Positions 22,701 through 37,700 of a DNA stretch of 64,000 bases are shown here, piece by piece (positions within the stretch are counted from its first letter, which is position 1; each line of letters starts with the position of its first letter). The notes under the pieces were generated by a model. It ran no database searches and was not told the DNA's origin. It saw only the letters and a list, made by a program, of their open reading frames with translations. Location of the stretch: positions 379,110 through 443,109 of the forward strand of contig NMRA01000227.1 in assembly GCA_002633005.1 (NCBI GenBank), written 5' to 3'. This stretch comes from Phoronis australis. Lineage: Eukaryota > Animalia > Phoronida. Both the position numbers and the translations under genes were made by a program.

Positions 22701-25700
22701 GCGAAAGGCTAACCTACGCACAGATATCGTCAAGTCAGCAACCTCAAAGGCAAGTGTGTTCAGTTACGGTTATGACGTTGTCTTGTGTAAGATAATAGTG
22801 AAAGCCTTTCACCTAGCGGGGAGATGGGAAACCTCTTATACCTCTCCTGGTGAATATGAAATATGTGTAGGTAAGGAGGTGAGTTCAGATCTAGCAAAAA
22901 TTGTTGGATTATCTGAGTATATTGTAGAGGCTTCTTCAAATTTATCCAAATAAACTATTTTAAAACAATTGTGGCAGGCAATTGTTACACTGAAATTGCA
23001 GATGTTTAGATTTGCATTGATTACTCCAGATTTTGGCTCAACATATCATAATTTGTGTCCTGCCTTCAACTCAAATGGGTCAAATTGACTTGTTTAGCTT
23101 GTGTTAAACAATTTAAATAATTATTCAGTTTACTTATCTTTCTACTCTCAGTAGAGGAAAGCCTTCAATTCTTTGTTCGTCAACTAGACTTGGGCTGTGA
23201 ATGCCTTGCCCTGGGTGGCCAGTGAATGTTTCCTAAGAATAGTGCAAGCGTGTACCTGTGAATATTAACTGTTTTACTGAAAGTTAACTCTGTGGTAAAT
23301 GCCTTTATTCTTCAGAGTGGTGGAATCTACATGATGGCTAACCAGTGTGGCTGTGATGGTGATCGACTGTACTTTGATGGCTGTGCCAGTATAGCCATCA
23401 ATGGTGACATAGTCGTGCATGGCTCCCAGTTCACCATCAAAGATGTGGTGGGTATCATGGGCCTTTGGTGGGTATCATTAGGCTTTTGGTGGGTGTCATG
23501 AGCCTTTGGTGGGTATCATTGGGCTTTTGGTGGGTGTCATGGGCCTTTGGTGGGTATTGTGGGCCTTTGACGGATATCGTGGGTCTTTGGTGGGTATCGT
23601 GTGCTTGTCTTGACAGGTGTGATAGTTTGGGAACTGTTCAAAGTGTTGGCTTGAGGCAGTTGAAGTAGAGTTGGTTTTTTCATAGCTTGTAAAATTAAGA
23701 TAATGCAATTAATTTGAAAAGTACTCTATGCTTATATGAAGATAAATTTTCGAGAGACATTCTTTTTTAGTTTTCAGCTTGAGCACATGTAACACAAATC
23801 ATTAGTCTGGAGACATTCTGTAAAGTTTGCTGTTCTATCCACCAAAGGATTTCCAGCACCATCCTCATTGTGAAATGATGTCAAGTGGCTGCAGTGTTTG
23901 AAAATGAGGTAGTAACAAAATGTTGGTGGCTTATTCATCCAGGAAGTCATCACAGCCGCGTTAGACCTAGAAGATGTACGGTCGTACCGCTCCAACTCTG
24001 TGAGTCGACGCAATATAGCTGGAAGTGAAACAGTGGAATTCCAACGCATTTGTGTGGATTTTGCTCTGACCACAGAAGACGCATTCATATCATTTTCTTC
24101 ACCTATTGAATGGAAGTTTCACACCCCCGAGGAAGAGATTGCGTAAGTATTTTTCTTTTTCTAAGAGACTTCTGGCTGAACGAAAAGTGTTACTCAAAAG
24201 CACGGATTGTTATTTAATATGTACATCTGATGTTTACAGAGTGACTGCAGAGGAGTCAATGTCTACTGCACTTTCTATTTACAGTTCTCTTAAGTGATAT
24301 TTTGTTAGCAGGAATGAGCATTGTGTACAGTCTATCAGTAGTCAAGTTTGTGTCATGTTTGGTACGTTTCATTGAAATCATCTTTGAAGTGCTACATTCT
24401 GTTTAGGTTGAGCAATACCTTATGGACAAGTCTACACATTTAGCCAAATGTCTACAAAACTTGATTTTAACTCAGTAAAAGAATATATTATTTTTCTGAA
24501 AGTAGAAAGTCCATACAATTCGATCTTTGGCATTTTACCAATCTGCCATCTTTTGCATCACATGACCATGTCTTTTTAGAAAAATGTAACACAACAGAAA
24601 GGTACATTGACAAGCCATCGGTATCAGTAACATAATAAAATTTTATTTGATTTAAATGTTCAAGGTGATTAAGTTTTCTTAACTCATTTCATCTATCTTA
24701 GTCCAATTTTCACCATCCTTCGTCATTTATTTATTTTCTGAATTCAGCACCTGTTTTAGATGCAGTTGTATCTTTGTTACATGTATTTAATTATTGTTTT
24801 ACTAACTTTATTGTATTATTGTTGTTGAGGGTCCTCTTGGAAAGCAGTGCTGTCACTGAAGAGGCCACCCTCATTTTAAATATCACAATAAATAAAATAA
24901 ATAAATATGGAACGCCAGATGTTTGGCATGAAAATCGTAAAAGTCCCTCATGCCAAAGTGTAACTTTAAAAAAAAAATTAAAAATTTGTATCTGAAAGTT
25001 TCATATATGAATCTGATCAGCAATTTCTGAGATATGTCTCGTAGTTAGCCAAATTTGGACGTTTTTCCAGGGTCCTAACCTGATCTTGACACACTACAGT
25101 AGCAGTTTATTTCACATCACAATTATACAGGAAGATTATTTGTTACCGCTGTGGTTGATGACAAAGTTACAGAGGTATTACACAATGAGTTAGGAATTGG
25201 CTGGACATGTGGACCTGAGTTATTGTTTTTTCAACTCTTTTTGTACTCAATGTTCAGATATTGTTTATCATAGATGACCTTTTATTTCTGATTATTATAG
25301 TCTTGGTCCTGCATTGTGGTTATGGGACTATCTCCGTCGAAGTGGTCAGGGTGGTTACTTCTTACCTCTGAGTGGAGGTATAGACAGTTCTAGTACAGCA
25401 TGTATTGTGTCGTCTATGTGTCATCTTGTCTGTGATGGTGTGAGTGCTGGAGGTAGGTCATAGGAAGAGATGTTTAAGTAGGACATGCATTGTGTTACTC
25501 ACATGTCGTCTAGTCTATCATGCTTTGAATTGTGGGGCAAGATGTGATGAGACAAAGAGTCTAAGTACCTCGTGTTTGAAAAATGTTCACTTATGTGACC
25601 TTGCTTAGGGATGTGTGGACGGTTGCTTGAAACAGTCCTGATAGAATTTTAAAAGTTATATTTTCTATCTTTATCGGAATAGCCATGACAACCAATTATT

Positions 25701-28700
25701 ATGCATTAAGTAATCACTGTGTTATAGTGTGCTGTGGCATGGTGAGTTATTGATTTGTGATACTGTAAACAGGTGAATTAGCCCGCCCTTATAGCAGCCA
25801 TTGAAACATTATGCATCAGACACAGGTCCAATGTTTGTTTTACTTCTCTAGATAAGCAGGTTCTACATGACATCAGACGTATAGCTGGAGACAACACGTA
25901 TACACCTACAGATCCCAGGGAGTTAGCAGGTCGACTCTTTACCACCTGTTACATGTACTCCAATCACAGCTCTACGACAACGCGTAATTGTGCTACTCAA
26001 TTGGCCCAGCAAATCGGCAGGTGATATTTTGTTATATTTGTTGTTTCAGAGCAGTCAAGCTCTTCTGTTTTGAGTTTAAATGATTAAACGTTCTCTTCAC
26101 TGTAGTGCTTTTACTGGGACGTAGACCTCACCGCTGACAGACATTACATCTGTTCCTGAAGTGTCTGTTGAAATAGTTTTGTTTTCAAAATTGCAAAGAC
26201 ATCCTTTCAAATGTGGACACTCTTGTCGTTGCATCTGAATCGCCACTATCGCTTCATAGCAAGTGGCTTTGCAGTGCAGGAAATGACGTTTCCTAAGAGT
26301 ATAGTCAGTCATGGACCTTCTTTCCATGCCACAGCAAATTTATTTTCTGAAGGAATTTCTTTTCACAGAACCCATGTTTACTTCCTTTTCAAAATTTCAG
26401 ACAGTCAAGATAACGTCATGTGAAACTGTTCGAATGGGATATGCAGATTGATTTGCTAGGTCCAAGCAAGGCCAACGTGGTGATTGGCTACAATGACCCA
26501 GTAACTGAAACACCACTGCAAAGAGGCTAACCTTGTGATTGGCTAACAATGTCATGACCCAATAACTGAGACACCACTACAGAGAGCAATGCTAATCTTG
26601 TGATTGGCTAAAAATGTCATGACTCAATAATTGAGACACCACCACAAAGAGCAATGTTAACCTTGTGATGGGCTAAAAATGTCATGATTCAATAATTGAG
26701 ACACCACTACAGAGAGCAATGCTAACCTTGTGATTGGCTAACAATATCAGGACTCAATAACTGAGACACCGCAATGCAGATGTTCTGTACTTACCGTTCT
26801 GCAAACGCTCTTTTTCTGTTATCTTGTAAACACAATTTTTTTATCAACGTGGCACATTTAAATGGTTTTTAGGTGTAAGCCGGAACCATGAACTTGGTTT
26901 ATTGTTTACTTTGTCTTATTAAAAAATTGTTGCCAAATTGACAATGACTCGGCGTGTTCTGAATGAATATGTCACCGCTATATCAACGTGTGAGCGAAGA
27001 ATGTGTTTGACATCTCCACTGCGTCACTCAAACTAGATCAAAGAGTAGTCTGCATGTACACCGCAGCGTGAATCCAAATAACTCGATAGGTTTTAGAATT
27101 TAGAATTTAAGTCTGTGTGTTGTTAAGATCACAATCAATATGTCAAATGTGTTGCTGGGAATATCTGGTCATGCTCAAAAAGCATTTTGTTGGTAGGATA
27201 AGAATTCTGACTGACTAGCTAAGCCCTATAAACAAACAATTTTTTATCAATTTTGGCAACAAGTTTGTCGGCTGTGCCAATGCAAAACTGGACTTTTGAG
27301 TCCTGCATTTACGTATTTAACTTCTATTTAACAAAAATGTATAACCAAACTTTGGAATGGGTCACTTGGTTTTCTGACTTGGTCGCCTAGCTGACAACTG
27401 GGCTTTTGAGGACTAGGTCTGTCAGGGGAGATTTTGATAAAAAGGTGACAGCTTCGTCAAAATTATGGCAAAAATCTAGAAGGAAACCAGACAAATATTA
27501 AAAATAATCATTTGAAAATAAGCCAACTTTTTAATTTAATCTGTTATTTTTTTAGTTTGTCTGGCCTGTGAAGTGTTTTGTGAGGCTTATTGGTGCTGGG
27601 AAATATACTCACATTGTTTTAGACTTATATTTAAGTAGAAACAACAATAATACAAACAATAATGATACAAACAGTAATGATACAAACAGTAATGATACAA
27701 ACAGTAATGAGACAAACAGTAATGATACAAGCAGTAATGATACAAGCAGTAATGATACAAGCAGTAATGATACAAGCAGTAATGATACAAGCAGTAATGA
27801 TACAAGCAGTAATGATACAAACACTGTGTAAGGTTCAAATGCACTTGGAAAGGAACCTTTATTTCATAGTCACAGAGTTTAAAGGTCAACACAGTCAGAA
27901 CCCAAACTGAGTACAGCCTCAATGTAAACTGAAAAGAAACAAAGAAATGCTCGTGGGATAAGGTAACAAAATGATACACATCACAGAGAAGTTCAAATAG
28001 ACTACAAAGTTACTAAGCAGCTAAAGAATATTCATACAGACATATGCCTACAACGAACAGATAGCGTGCTCATGGCCTACGTGACAAAGTCAAAGCATGA
28101 AAGTAGGTCAAACATATGGGCCACAAATTCCAAACAGAATTCTGCACAAAATGACTAAAGCTAGTAACAACATAACCGAGGAGGTAAGGCACCCATGAAC
28201 GTTGCAACTAACATAATGAACATTAATACATAGCACTATTTCGGGTTCTAGCGACATTCAAAGAAACCGACGTCTTGTCAGCCGAAAGTTCCAAAACTCA
28301 ATGAAACAATGACCCTAGTGACAAAAGAGGATCATAACCAAAGCTAGCGCCATCTATAATCAGTACTACAACTAACGGGGAACCGTACACACTGTGACCA
28401 CTAGGGGTCGTATCGTTATAACGCTACACTGCAGCCTGTGTTGCTTAAGACTATCTCGTGTTATATTTCAGCCATCACCTCAACATTGGTATTGAAACTG
28501 CTGTGCATGCTATTCTTGCTGTATTTACTCAGTGCTACAAGCTGACACCTAAATTCAAAGTGGATGGAGGCAGTCCTAGGGAAAACTTGGCTTTACAAAA
28601 TGTTCAGGTAAGCAAAAGTAGCGTTGAAAGTACGTAGTCATGTTTTGTGGATAATTAATTTTTAAGTGACAGTTGTTGATTACACTTGTCACTTTGACAT

Positions 28701-31700
28701 TTTTATGTCGTCCATCATTATCTTTTGTAGTCTGTCGATTTTCTCAAAAATTGTTTGACAGATTGTGATGAAGTTGCTCATAGGCTTATATGCCAGGGAT
28801 ACACTGGCACGGCTCAATTTTCAAACTGATTTGACTTCTGTGGCAACCCCTGTTGGATGTTTTATTAGTTTTCTGCAAGACATTCTTTGTCCGTCAGTTT
28901 TTGGCAAAATGAGTATCAATTTTGACAAAACATGATGACGTGGTGGATATGGGCCTACACCAGTTGATTTTTAATTGACTAACGTGAACCCCTGGTGAGC
29001 ATTTTAGCTTCCGATAAGGGATTCCTTGTTCTTCAATTTTTGATGAAATGATTACAAATTTTGCCAGAGCTAGATGCAAAGTTATGTGGTGGGAGTGCAC
29101 TGGCATCATTTGATTTTCAGATGGTTTTGACCATTGCAGCCCCCTTTTAGCCCTTAAATTTTGTGTAAGGAATTCAATCTGTCAATTTGTTAGTTTTGAT
29201 TTTTGCAAAAACCACTTGACGGATCATGATGAAATTTGGCACAAAGTTATGTGACAGAGATGCATTGGTACCAGTTGATTTTGAGACAGATTCGACTATA
29301 CTTTTTGACAAGAAATTCCTTGTATGTCAATTTTTTGATAAACGTCTTCATTCACTCACCTTACCAAAAATTGACACAGCAGTCTTTGGAGTACATGCGG
29401 CGACACTAGTTGATTTTCAGATGGACTCGATATAACCCGTTGGCAATAAGTTGTAGTCATATATGACATATTTTGCTTTCTTCACCTCCTTTATGGACAG
29501 TTCACAATTACAGCCACGGTTGTATAAACTGTACACTGTTGGAAGGTAGGTGGTCTACGGTTTCTGCTAACATATGCTGTTAAGATCATAAAAAATGGCT
29601 ATGCACTTTTTCACATAAAAAATACACTGAGAAGTGTTTAAAAGTTGTTTTATTTTGTGTCGATGAACTTGTATTGTTGAACTTTAAGGCATTGTTTACT
29701 ATTTCCTGAATAAATACTGACTTATGAAAGTAAAACTTTCTTCATCTGACTGTATTGTTTCCTTTTTCTCCTCTGTTCTTCTCAGGCCCGTGTGCGCATG
29801 GTGCTGGCTTATCTCTTTGCCCAGTTGACTCTGTGGGCCAAAGGTCGACCAGGAGGACTCCTGGTGTTGGGTTCTGCCAACGTTGATGAAAGGTATTGAT
29901 ATAACTCCCTTGAGCTGATGCTCAGTATTGTGTTGTCTATTGGTCTGGACACAGACTCACTGTGGTAGTTTACTGAGTACTCCATGCAAGCATAAAGCTC
30001 TTTTATTGCAAGTACAACCTTTGTCCTGCCTGGAAACTGGTGGTTTTGCATTTTTGTTTGTTATTTAATTTATTGTAAATTTAGTTAGCAGTATGTTGAA
30101 GGGTGTCAGTTTGATGTCAAAATATGTTGAAGATTACTGTTTGATAAATGTCTGGCAGCATTGTTTACCTCTGATATAAATATTATGACGATGAAATGTC
30201 TGGCAGCATTGTATACCTCTGATATAAATATTATAATGATGAAATGTCCACACGATCTCCTACTACATCACAAGAAGTCAACACTTTGTCAGCTGCAAGT
30301 GGGTGACTGCAACACAATTTTATTTGATTGGGGATAGGTTAAAATACATGCCTCTAAATGTCATTGATTGGGTCTGAGTTCTTTGTCATTTTCTTGTCCT
30401 TTGGGGTAGTATTGCACATATTCATGTAAAATGTTGCTCACACTGTCTGTTCTGTTGACATGCTGGCCTGTGATATGCAACCGCACATGTCAGGCATGGG
30501 GAAAGAGGGGAGATACTCTCATTCATTTTCAGTGTTTCAGTGGTTTTACATCACTGCGTAAGTATAATAGATTTGAAAACGATTAATCTATAGTTTATTT
30601 ATGTTTTAGTTTGACTTATCACTGCCATTTTATTATTTTCATTCACTAGACTCGCAAACACTAAATAGTTTATTTGGCGAAACAAAATTTTGCCAAGTAT
30701 GTTGTATTTACAATTTTTTGACTTCCGCTTTGGTACCTATAAAACTGTATGCTTAATCACTGTTTGCGAAATTCAGAACATACTGTATTCGTCCGCGTTA
30801 CTGGCCAGGGCGCTTAAATTGGGAATCTAGAAAAATGGAGTGGGCGGTAAGCCGAGCATGGGCCGTAACCCGGACGAGTACGGTATGTTATAATTAATGA
30901 GAGGATTACCCTGTCAGTTTTAGACGACTTGCTGTGTGCCCCTTGTATGCTATTTTTAAGGTGGCAATAATCCTGCATTCCGTTAAAGAAACTAAATTTT
31001 GATTTAGACTACTTATCACTTTAAAAGTTGTATAAAATCGTTCCTTGCTCAGGTGAGAAGTGATATTTGGTCTTCCAAAAACTGACAGTTCCTCAAATTC
31101 ATTGTTGGTGAATAAAAATGACACACCATGACAAGCCAACTTGTAGAGCCTCAGTCTCAAGCAATAACAAACTGTCAGTTCTTTCCAAGGCCAGAAATAA
31201 CACTTAGCTTGACTAAGGAACAATTTGAGACTGAGTTTTTAATGGTAAGTGGTCTCAATCATCAGTTGGCAAATTACTGTAAGTGATCTGGTTAGTGGAA
31301 ATGTTGAAATAACCATCCTTGTTTGTGTATGTGCTGTATGCCACAATGCATGTGGTAGGCGCATAACTATGGTCTGTGCAGTATGTGGTGGGCGCTTATC
31401 CATGCTCTTCATTGCTCTTGTTTTTAATATTTACTTGCAGATAACTCTTTGTTACCTTTTAGTTTTTTATTATTTTCGGTCATGGATTTTGTTAGCTTTA
31501 CAGCAGAAACTGTTGTCTTTGGGAGTGATACTGGAATCCAGTAAGTCACTTGATACCTGTTTTATTGCAGCCTGAGAGGTTACATGACTAAATACGATTG
31601 TTCAAGTGCCGATATCAACCCTATTGGTGGAATAAGTAAGACTGATCTTCGCAGCTTTGTCAAATACAGCATGAAGAAATTTGGCCTCACTGCCCTCAAA

Positions 31701-34700
31701 GAGTAAGAAATGTTCACTGTCTTGCTGACCATAGATAGTGCAATGTTCACTGTCTTGCTGACCATAGATAGTGCAATGTTCACTGTCTTGCTGACCATAG
31801 ATAGTGCAATGTTCACTGTCTTGCTGACCATACATAGTGCAATGTTCACTGTCTTGCTGACCATAGATAGTGCAATGAGTGACGTTTATGATCACTGGCA
31901 ACTCATCCTGTGGTATTGACAACAAGACAACTAAACAAGCGTGTACAGTTACGAAACAGTGTACTACAGCTGCTAGCGTGTACAGTTACGAAACAGTGTA
32001 CTACAGCTGCTGTAACTTTGTGAAAGTCTTCTACTGCTATGTCTATGGGTTTAATATTCAAATCAAAATGGATGCCGAATGTATAATTATTTGCTTATCA
32101 GAAATGCCTATAGTCTTTTTTTAAAAGCTTTTTTTCATGTCATCCGGATTCTGATGTCACGTTAATTTTGTTTTTTAGTAACCATGCAAAAAAATAAATC
32201 ACTCGGTCAAGGCAGTTCCCTCCATCACACTATTGCACAAAGGTGCATTTAAATTAAGGGGAAAGTTCATATTTTCAATACACGTTATCTGGGCAGACTT
32301 TAGGGTGTGCACTCTGAGTATGCTGACATGCAGATTGTGATTGCATTGATATAAACAAATGGCGTTGTTTTGCATTAAAAATGACTTGAATCACAGCAAA
32401 ACATATCTTTCCCAAAATATTGATTATTCCTTTGTCCATGCGGAGCATCTCCTGAAAGTTTTTACAAATCTGCTCAACATTTTGGGTAAAAAAATTCTAG
32501 CTGACTGACCACACAAGTGATGGACAGAGCCTACTTCCAAGAATTATGTAGTGGAGGTACTCGTAAAATAAAACAATTATTGACTTTCACACTCAGTATA
32601 TTTATTCTTGGACCCCAAAAATGTGATAATGACTTCGTCTCTACCTCGTTTATTATCGCATTTTGGGGTCTGAAAACCAAAATATTGCCCTCTGTGAAAA
32701 TCAATAATTGCATAAGAATGGTTCTAACCAGTCAATGTAATTTTATTAATTTTCACAGAATTTGTCACTGTGGTCTTGGCTGATACGCAGAAAATGCAAG
32801 AAAAATAGAGACTAGCTTCGTATACGAAGAAGCGGAATTTGCTTTGATGATATAGAATGACACTGGGTTTTGATAGTGTTTGTATCTGTACGCAACTTGT
32901 CGTCCTTTTCAATTGCAATGTGATTTGACCCAAAAGTTTGTAATGTTTTTTCCAGCATCCTTGACATGCCTCCTACTGCTGAACTAGAACCACTCAAAGA
33001 TGGACAAGTGGCTCAGACTGATGAGGTATGATGTCATTGGACCGGTCTGATGCTCAGTTTTTATGTGCCCACATTCACGCGGGTGCACATTGCCGTCATC
33101 TCTGTCTGGGCATCTTTGTTTTGCTGCTGTATCTCCTGAACCTCTAGGAGAATCGAAATGAGATTTGGCAGACTTGCTCTTTTGAACCTGACGACAGATG
33201 ACATCAAGTTTTGAAATGATTTGACTTATTGCTGCGGTTGTGTCTCCTTTACACTTTGCAGCATCTTTGTGAATTTGGAAAGTGTTTTCCTTTCTGTGTA
33301 ATAACAGCCGACCATAAGTTGGAAAGATCTGACTTCCACTGTGCCCTGTAGGGGCAATTTTAGGTTATCTTCTTTATATTCGGAGTATTTGCATGAAATT
33401 TGGCATGTACAATAGCTTTTTATTGAGACAACAGCAACAATGCCTTTTCTTTGTTGGACGGATTTGACTTACTCTGTGCCACCTAGTGGCCATTTTTAAT
33501 GTGTCCACATGTTCACATGGGGATTCAACTGCCAGTGTGCCCCCTAGTGGCACTTTTAGTTTTATATGTTTGATTCTGTATTTGTCCAATTCCATGATGG
33601 ATTCTCACTAAATAAGGTAAATATGTTTCTATTAAGAAGGTGACAAATAATTTTCAGTTTTGGCCGTATGCAACGTATTCTGCGTCATATAGTGGCCATT
33701 TTTATTATTTTTGAGTCTGTTTTTCAATGTTTGCCTCTATCTGCCAAACTGCTGGAAAGATCATTATGAAAATTTGCAGATGTGTTTCTGCTGAGGAGAT
33801 GATAGCTGACATTTTAGAATCCTTGAATATTGGGCCACCCCTAGTGTCAATTTGTATGTTTCCACGGTTGTATTTCCTTAACTCTTCGCAAGGTATTTGT
33901 GAAATTTGACAAGTTTTTTTCTTATGATCGATGTGACTGCGTGCAACCATGACTTTAGGATCTATCTGACTACCACTTTTATTATTTTTATTTTTATTAA
34001 TGTAATATTTACAATGAGGGTAGCCCCATCAGTTCACACTGCTTTTCATGGGGGCCCTCGGTAAAAAACGAACAGATAGTAAGACAAAAACAGAATTACA
34101 CAATGAAAGACAAATTTAAGTAATAAGCAAAGAATAAGAAGTTAACATGGAAAGACTGATGAAGCAAAATAAAAATAAAATATGATAAATAAAAGATAAA
34201 GAAATTAAGACAAGGTAATTAACTAAAAATAAAATAAAAATATAAATATAAAAAATTAAAACAGACAATAAATAATTAATAAAAGTAAGACATTATATAA
34301 ATAACAAATGAATAAACATGCAATTTAGACACTACATGGAGTTAAATCTATTTCTTATAATTCTTTTAAAGGTTAGAAAGGATGATGTAGATTTGGCATC
34401 TGCAGGGAGAGAGTTCCATAAAAAGGGCCCGCTGTAGGAAAATGATTTTTTCCCAGTCTCGCTTCTGCGTTTAGGAAGATTGAAATCAGATGATGATAAG
34501 GACCTAGTATTGTAGCGATTAGTAGTCATCTTAAACTTAGTACATAAGTAAGATGGGACAAGGCCTTTAAAACATTTGTTCATACAACAAGCAGATAGGA
34601 ATTGATGTCTTGTGTGAATTTTCATTATACCAGTCTCATTATGAAGGTTTTTGATACTAATATCTCTAACACCAGCTCCCAGAATAATCCGGGCAGCCCT

Positions 34701-37700
34701 ATTTTGGATAACCTGGATGGTTTTCATACCGTTGTCTGATGCAACACCCCACACCGGGAGGCAATAATCTAGGTGAGGTTGAATGATAGCATTGAAAAGG
34801 GTTTTCAGTGTTGCTCTGTTAACAAATTTACTAATGCGTTTCAATACGCCAATTTTCTTAGACACCTTTTTCGAGATATAATCAACGTGGTGAGACAATT
34901 TAAGATTTTGATCATATATAAGTCCCAGATATTTGTGCCATGTTGTAGCGATTTTAGTTTTTTACATTCGCTGCTGTATGTTCAGGGATGCTTGATGATT
35001 TTTCATGAAATTTGGCATATAGATTTCTGTTATGGAGCCTACAGCGCCTTTCCATTTTTTAATGGATTCTGCCATACGTTGTGGCCATCCGTCAAGCTGC
35101 TATGATGGTCACTATGAGAATTGCTTCATGTGTTCTTCTGACAACAGCATAACTGACGTTAATTTTTCAATGGGTCCAACTACTGTAGCACACCTTGGTG
35201 ACATGTTATTACATCTGCTGTTGTATCTCCTAAACCTGTGCCTGCTCTTTATTCTTATTTATATGTGGACGCATATTGCCGTCATGTCTGTCTGGGCATC
35301 CGCCGTCTGCAGCTTTATCTCCTAAACCCCTCACAAGATCTTGATGAGATTTGGCAGATGTGTTCCTATGAAGGTGACGACGAATTTTGAAGGCCTCCGA
35401 CTACCCCTGTGCCCCCTAGTGGCAATTTTAGTTTTTTATGTTCACCTCTGTATCTTAGTTAGATGACGATATCCTCTGGTTTTTAGATTGATTTGCTACC
35501 TAGTGGCCATTTTTACCGTTTTCAAGTTTGTTTTTTGGCATCCTCCCCTGTATCATCCAAACCGCTTTAGGGATGATTGGGAAAATTGGCATATACCTTC
35601 TTACTGTGAAGTGAGTGGCTGACGATGTTTTTCCGACGACTTCAACTACTATGGCGCCTCCTGGTGGCAGTTTTGTTTGTTTTTCGCGCACATGGCTGCA
35701 TCTCCTAAACGCTCAACAAGATCTTTATTAAATTTTTCAAGTCTATTTATTTAGCTGACGATGATTTTACAACCTCGACTAATGTGGCGCCACCCAGTGG
35801 CAGTTTTATTACACCCATGGCTGTATCTCCTAAACCCTCTGCAGGATCTTTTTATTTATACGAAGTTGTCAACGAACGACAACAACTTTCAGACAGATCC
35901 AACAAACACTGTGCCCCCTGGTGGCAATTTCATTGTTTTCCGCTTTCCTCTGTTTCTATGAAGCTGCTTGATGGATTTTTATGAAAGTTGGTAAATAGCT
36001 GAAACAATGACATTTTCCTGTTTTCGGATGGATTCGACATATTTTGCGCCATCTAGTTCTCATTTTTTACTGTTTCCTAGTCTGTTTTTGGCATCCTCCG
36101 CTCTATCAACCAAACCACAACAAGGATGATTGTGAAAATTGTCATATACCGTATTCACCCTAATAAGCGCCCATGCCAATATAAGCGCCCCCCCATGCTG
36201 AAGTAATCGCCCAGTCCATGAACACCGCCGTATATGCGAAAAATGCCTTACCTACAGTTTCAAAATTCTACAGTAGCGTCTTCAATTTATCAATAAGATC
36301 CGACAGTCCTGAAAAATCATTATGCGTGGAAGACCACGAGCCTGACCGCTATGTCGGTATTTACCCGTGACTATACAATGCACACCTAGATCGTTACATC
36401 GCATTTACTCTGGCAAATGAACACTGATGACATGCACGCGCTCGCTCACTCACACACGCAGACGAACTTCAAACAAACATCACGTGGCAATAATGTGCGT
36501 TCGTCCAGAGATTTTTCTTGTTTTGCGGAATACGATCTAGCGCAGATTTGGACTTAATTATGCGCCCACATATTTATATGTGGACGCATTATGCCGTCAT
36601 CTCTGTCCGTCCGTCCGTCCGGGCGGTGTCCGTCCGGCGTCCGGCGTCCGCGGCTCTATCTCCAAAACCCTTTGACATACGTTCATGAAATTTGGCACAT
36701 ATGTTCCATTTATGAATGGGACGGCATGTGCGAACTTTCGGACGGATCCGACTACCGGTGTGCCCCCTAGTGGCAATTTTAGTTTTTTACGCTTACCTTT
36801 GTATCTTCAAAAGTCCTGAACGGATTTTCATGAAATTTGGTATGTAGGCACCTAGTAGTGAGATGACGCTATCCTGCCGTTTTCGGATGGATTCGACATA
36901 GTTTGCGCCACCTAGTGGCCATTTTTACTGTTTTCGAGTCTGTTTTTGTGCTTCCACCCCTCTATCAACCAAACCGCTCAAAGGATGATTGTGAAAATTG
37001 GCATGTATGTGCTTACTATGTAGAGGACGGTTGACGATGATTTTCCGACGATTTCGACTACTGTGGCGCCTCCTAGTGGCATTTTTTTTTTTTTGCGCCT
37101 ATGGCTGTATCTCCTAAACCGTTCGCAGGATCTTTACGAAATTGTGTAAGTATATTTATATGATGTTAACAACGGAAGATGACGACTTTTGGACGGATCC
37201 GACTACCGGTGTGCCCCCTAGTGGCAATTTTAATTTTTTTACGCTTACCTTTGTATCTTCACAAGTCCTTATTGGATTTTCATGAAATTTGGTATGTAGG
37301 CACCTATTAGTGAGATGACGCTATCCTCCCGTTTTCAGATGGATTCGACATAGTTTGCGCCACCTAGTGGCCATTTTTAGTGTTTTCGAGTCTGTTTTTG
37401 TGCGTCCACCCCTCTATCAACCAAACCGCTCAAAGGATGATTGTGAAAATTGGCATGTATATGCTTACTATGTAGAGGATGGTTGACGATGATTTTCCGA
37501 CGATTTCGACTACTGTGGCGCCTCCTAGTGGCAGTTTTGTTTTTTTGCGCCTATGGCTGTATCTCCTAAACCGTTCGCAGGATCTTTACAAATTGTGTAA
37601 GTATATTTATATGATGTTAACAACGGAAGATGACGACTTTTGGTCGGATCCGACTACCGGTGTGCCCCCTAGTGGCAATTTTAGTTTTTTACGCTTACCT

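Noticed and set aside
27568-27979. Asn/Ser/Thr-rich and YHYCL-repeat ORFs
   Set aside because: Translations of a 15-bp minisatellite in an intron.
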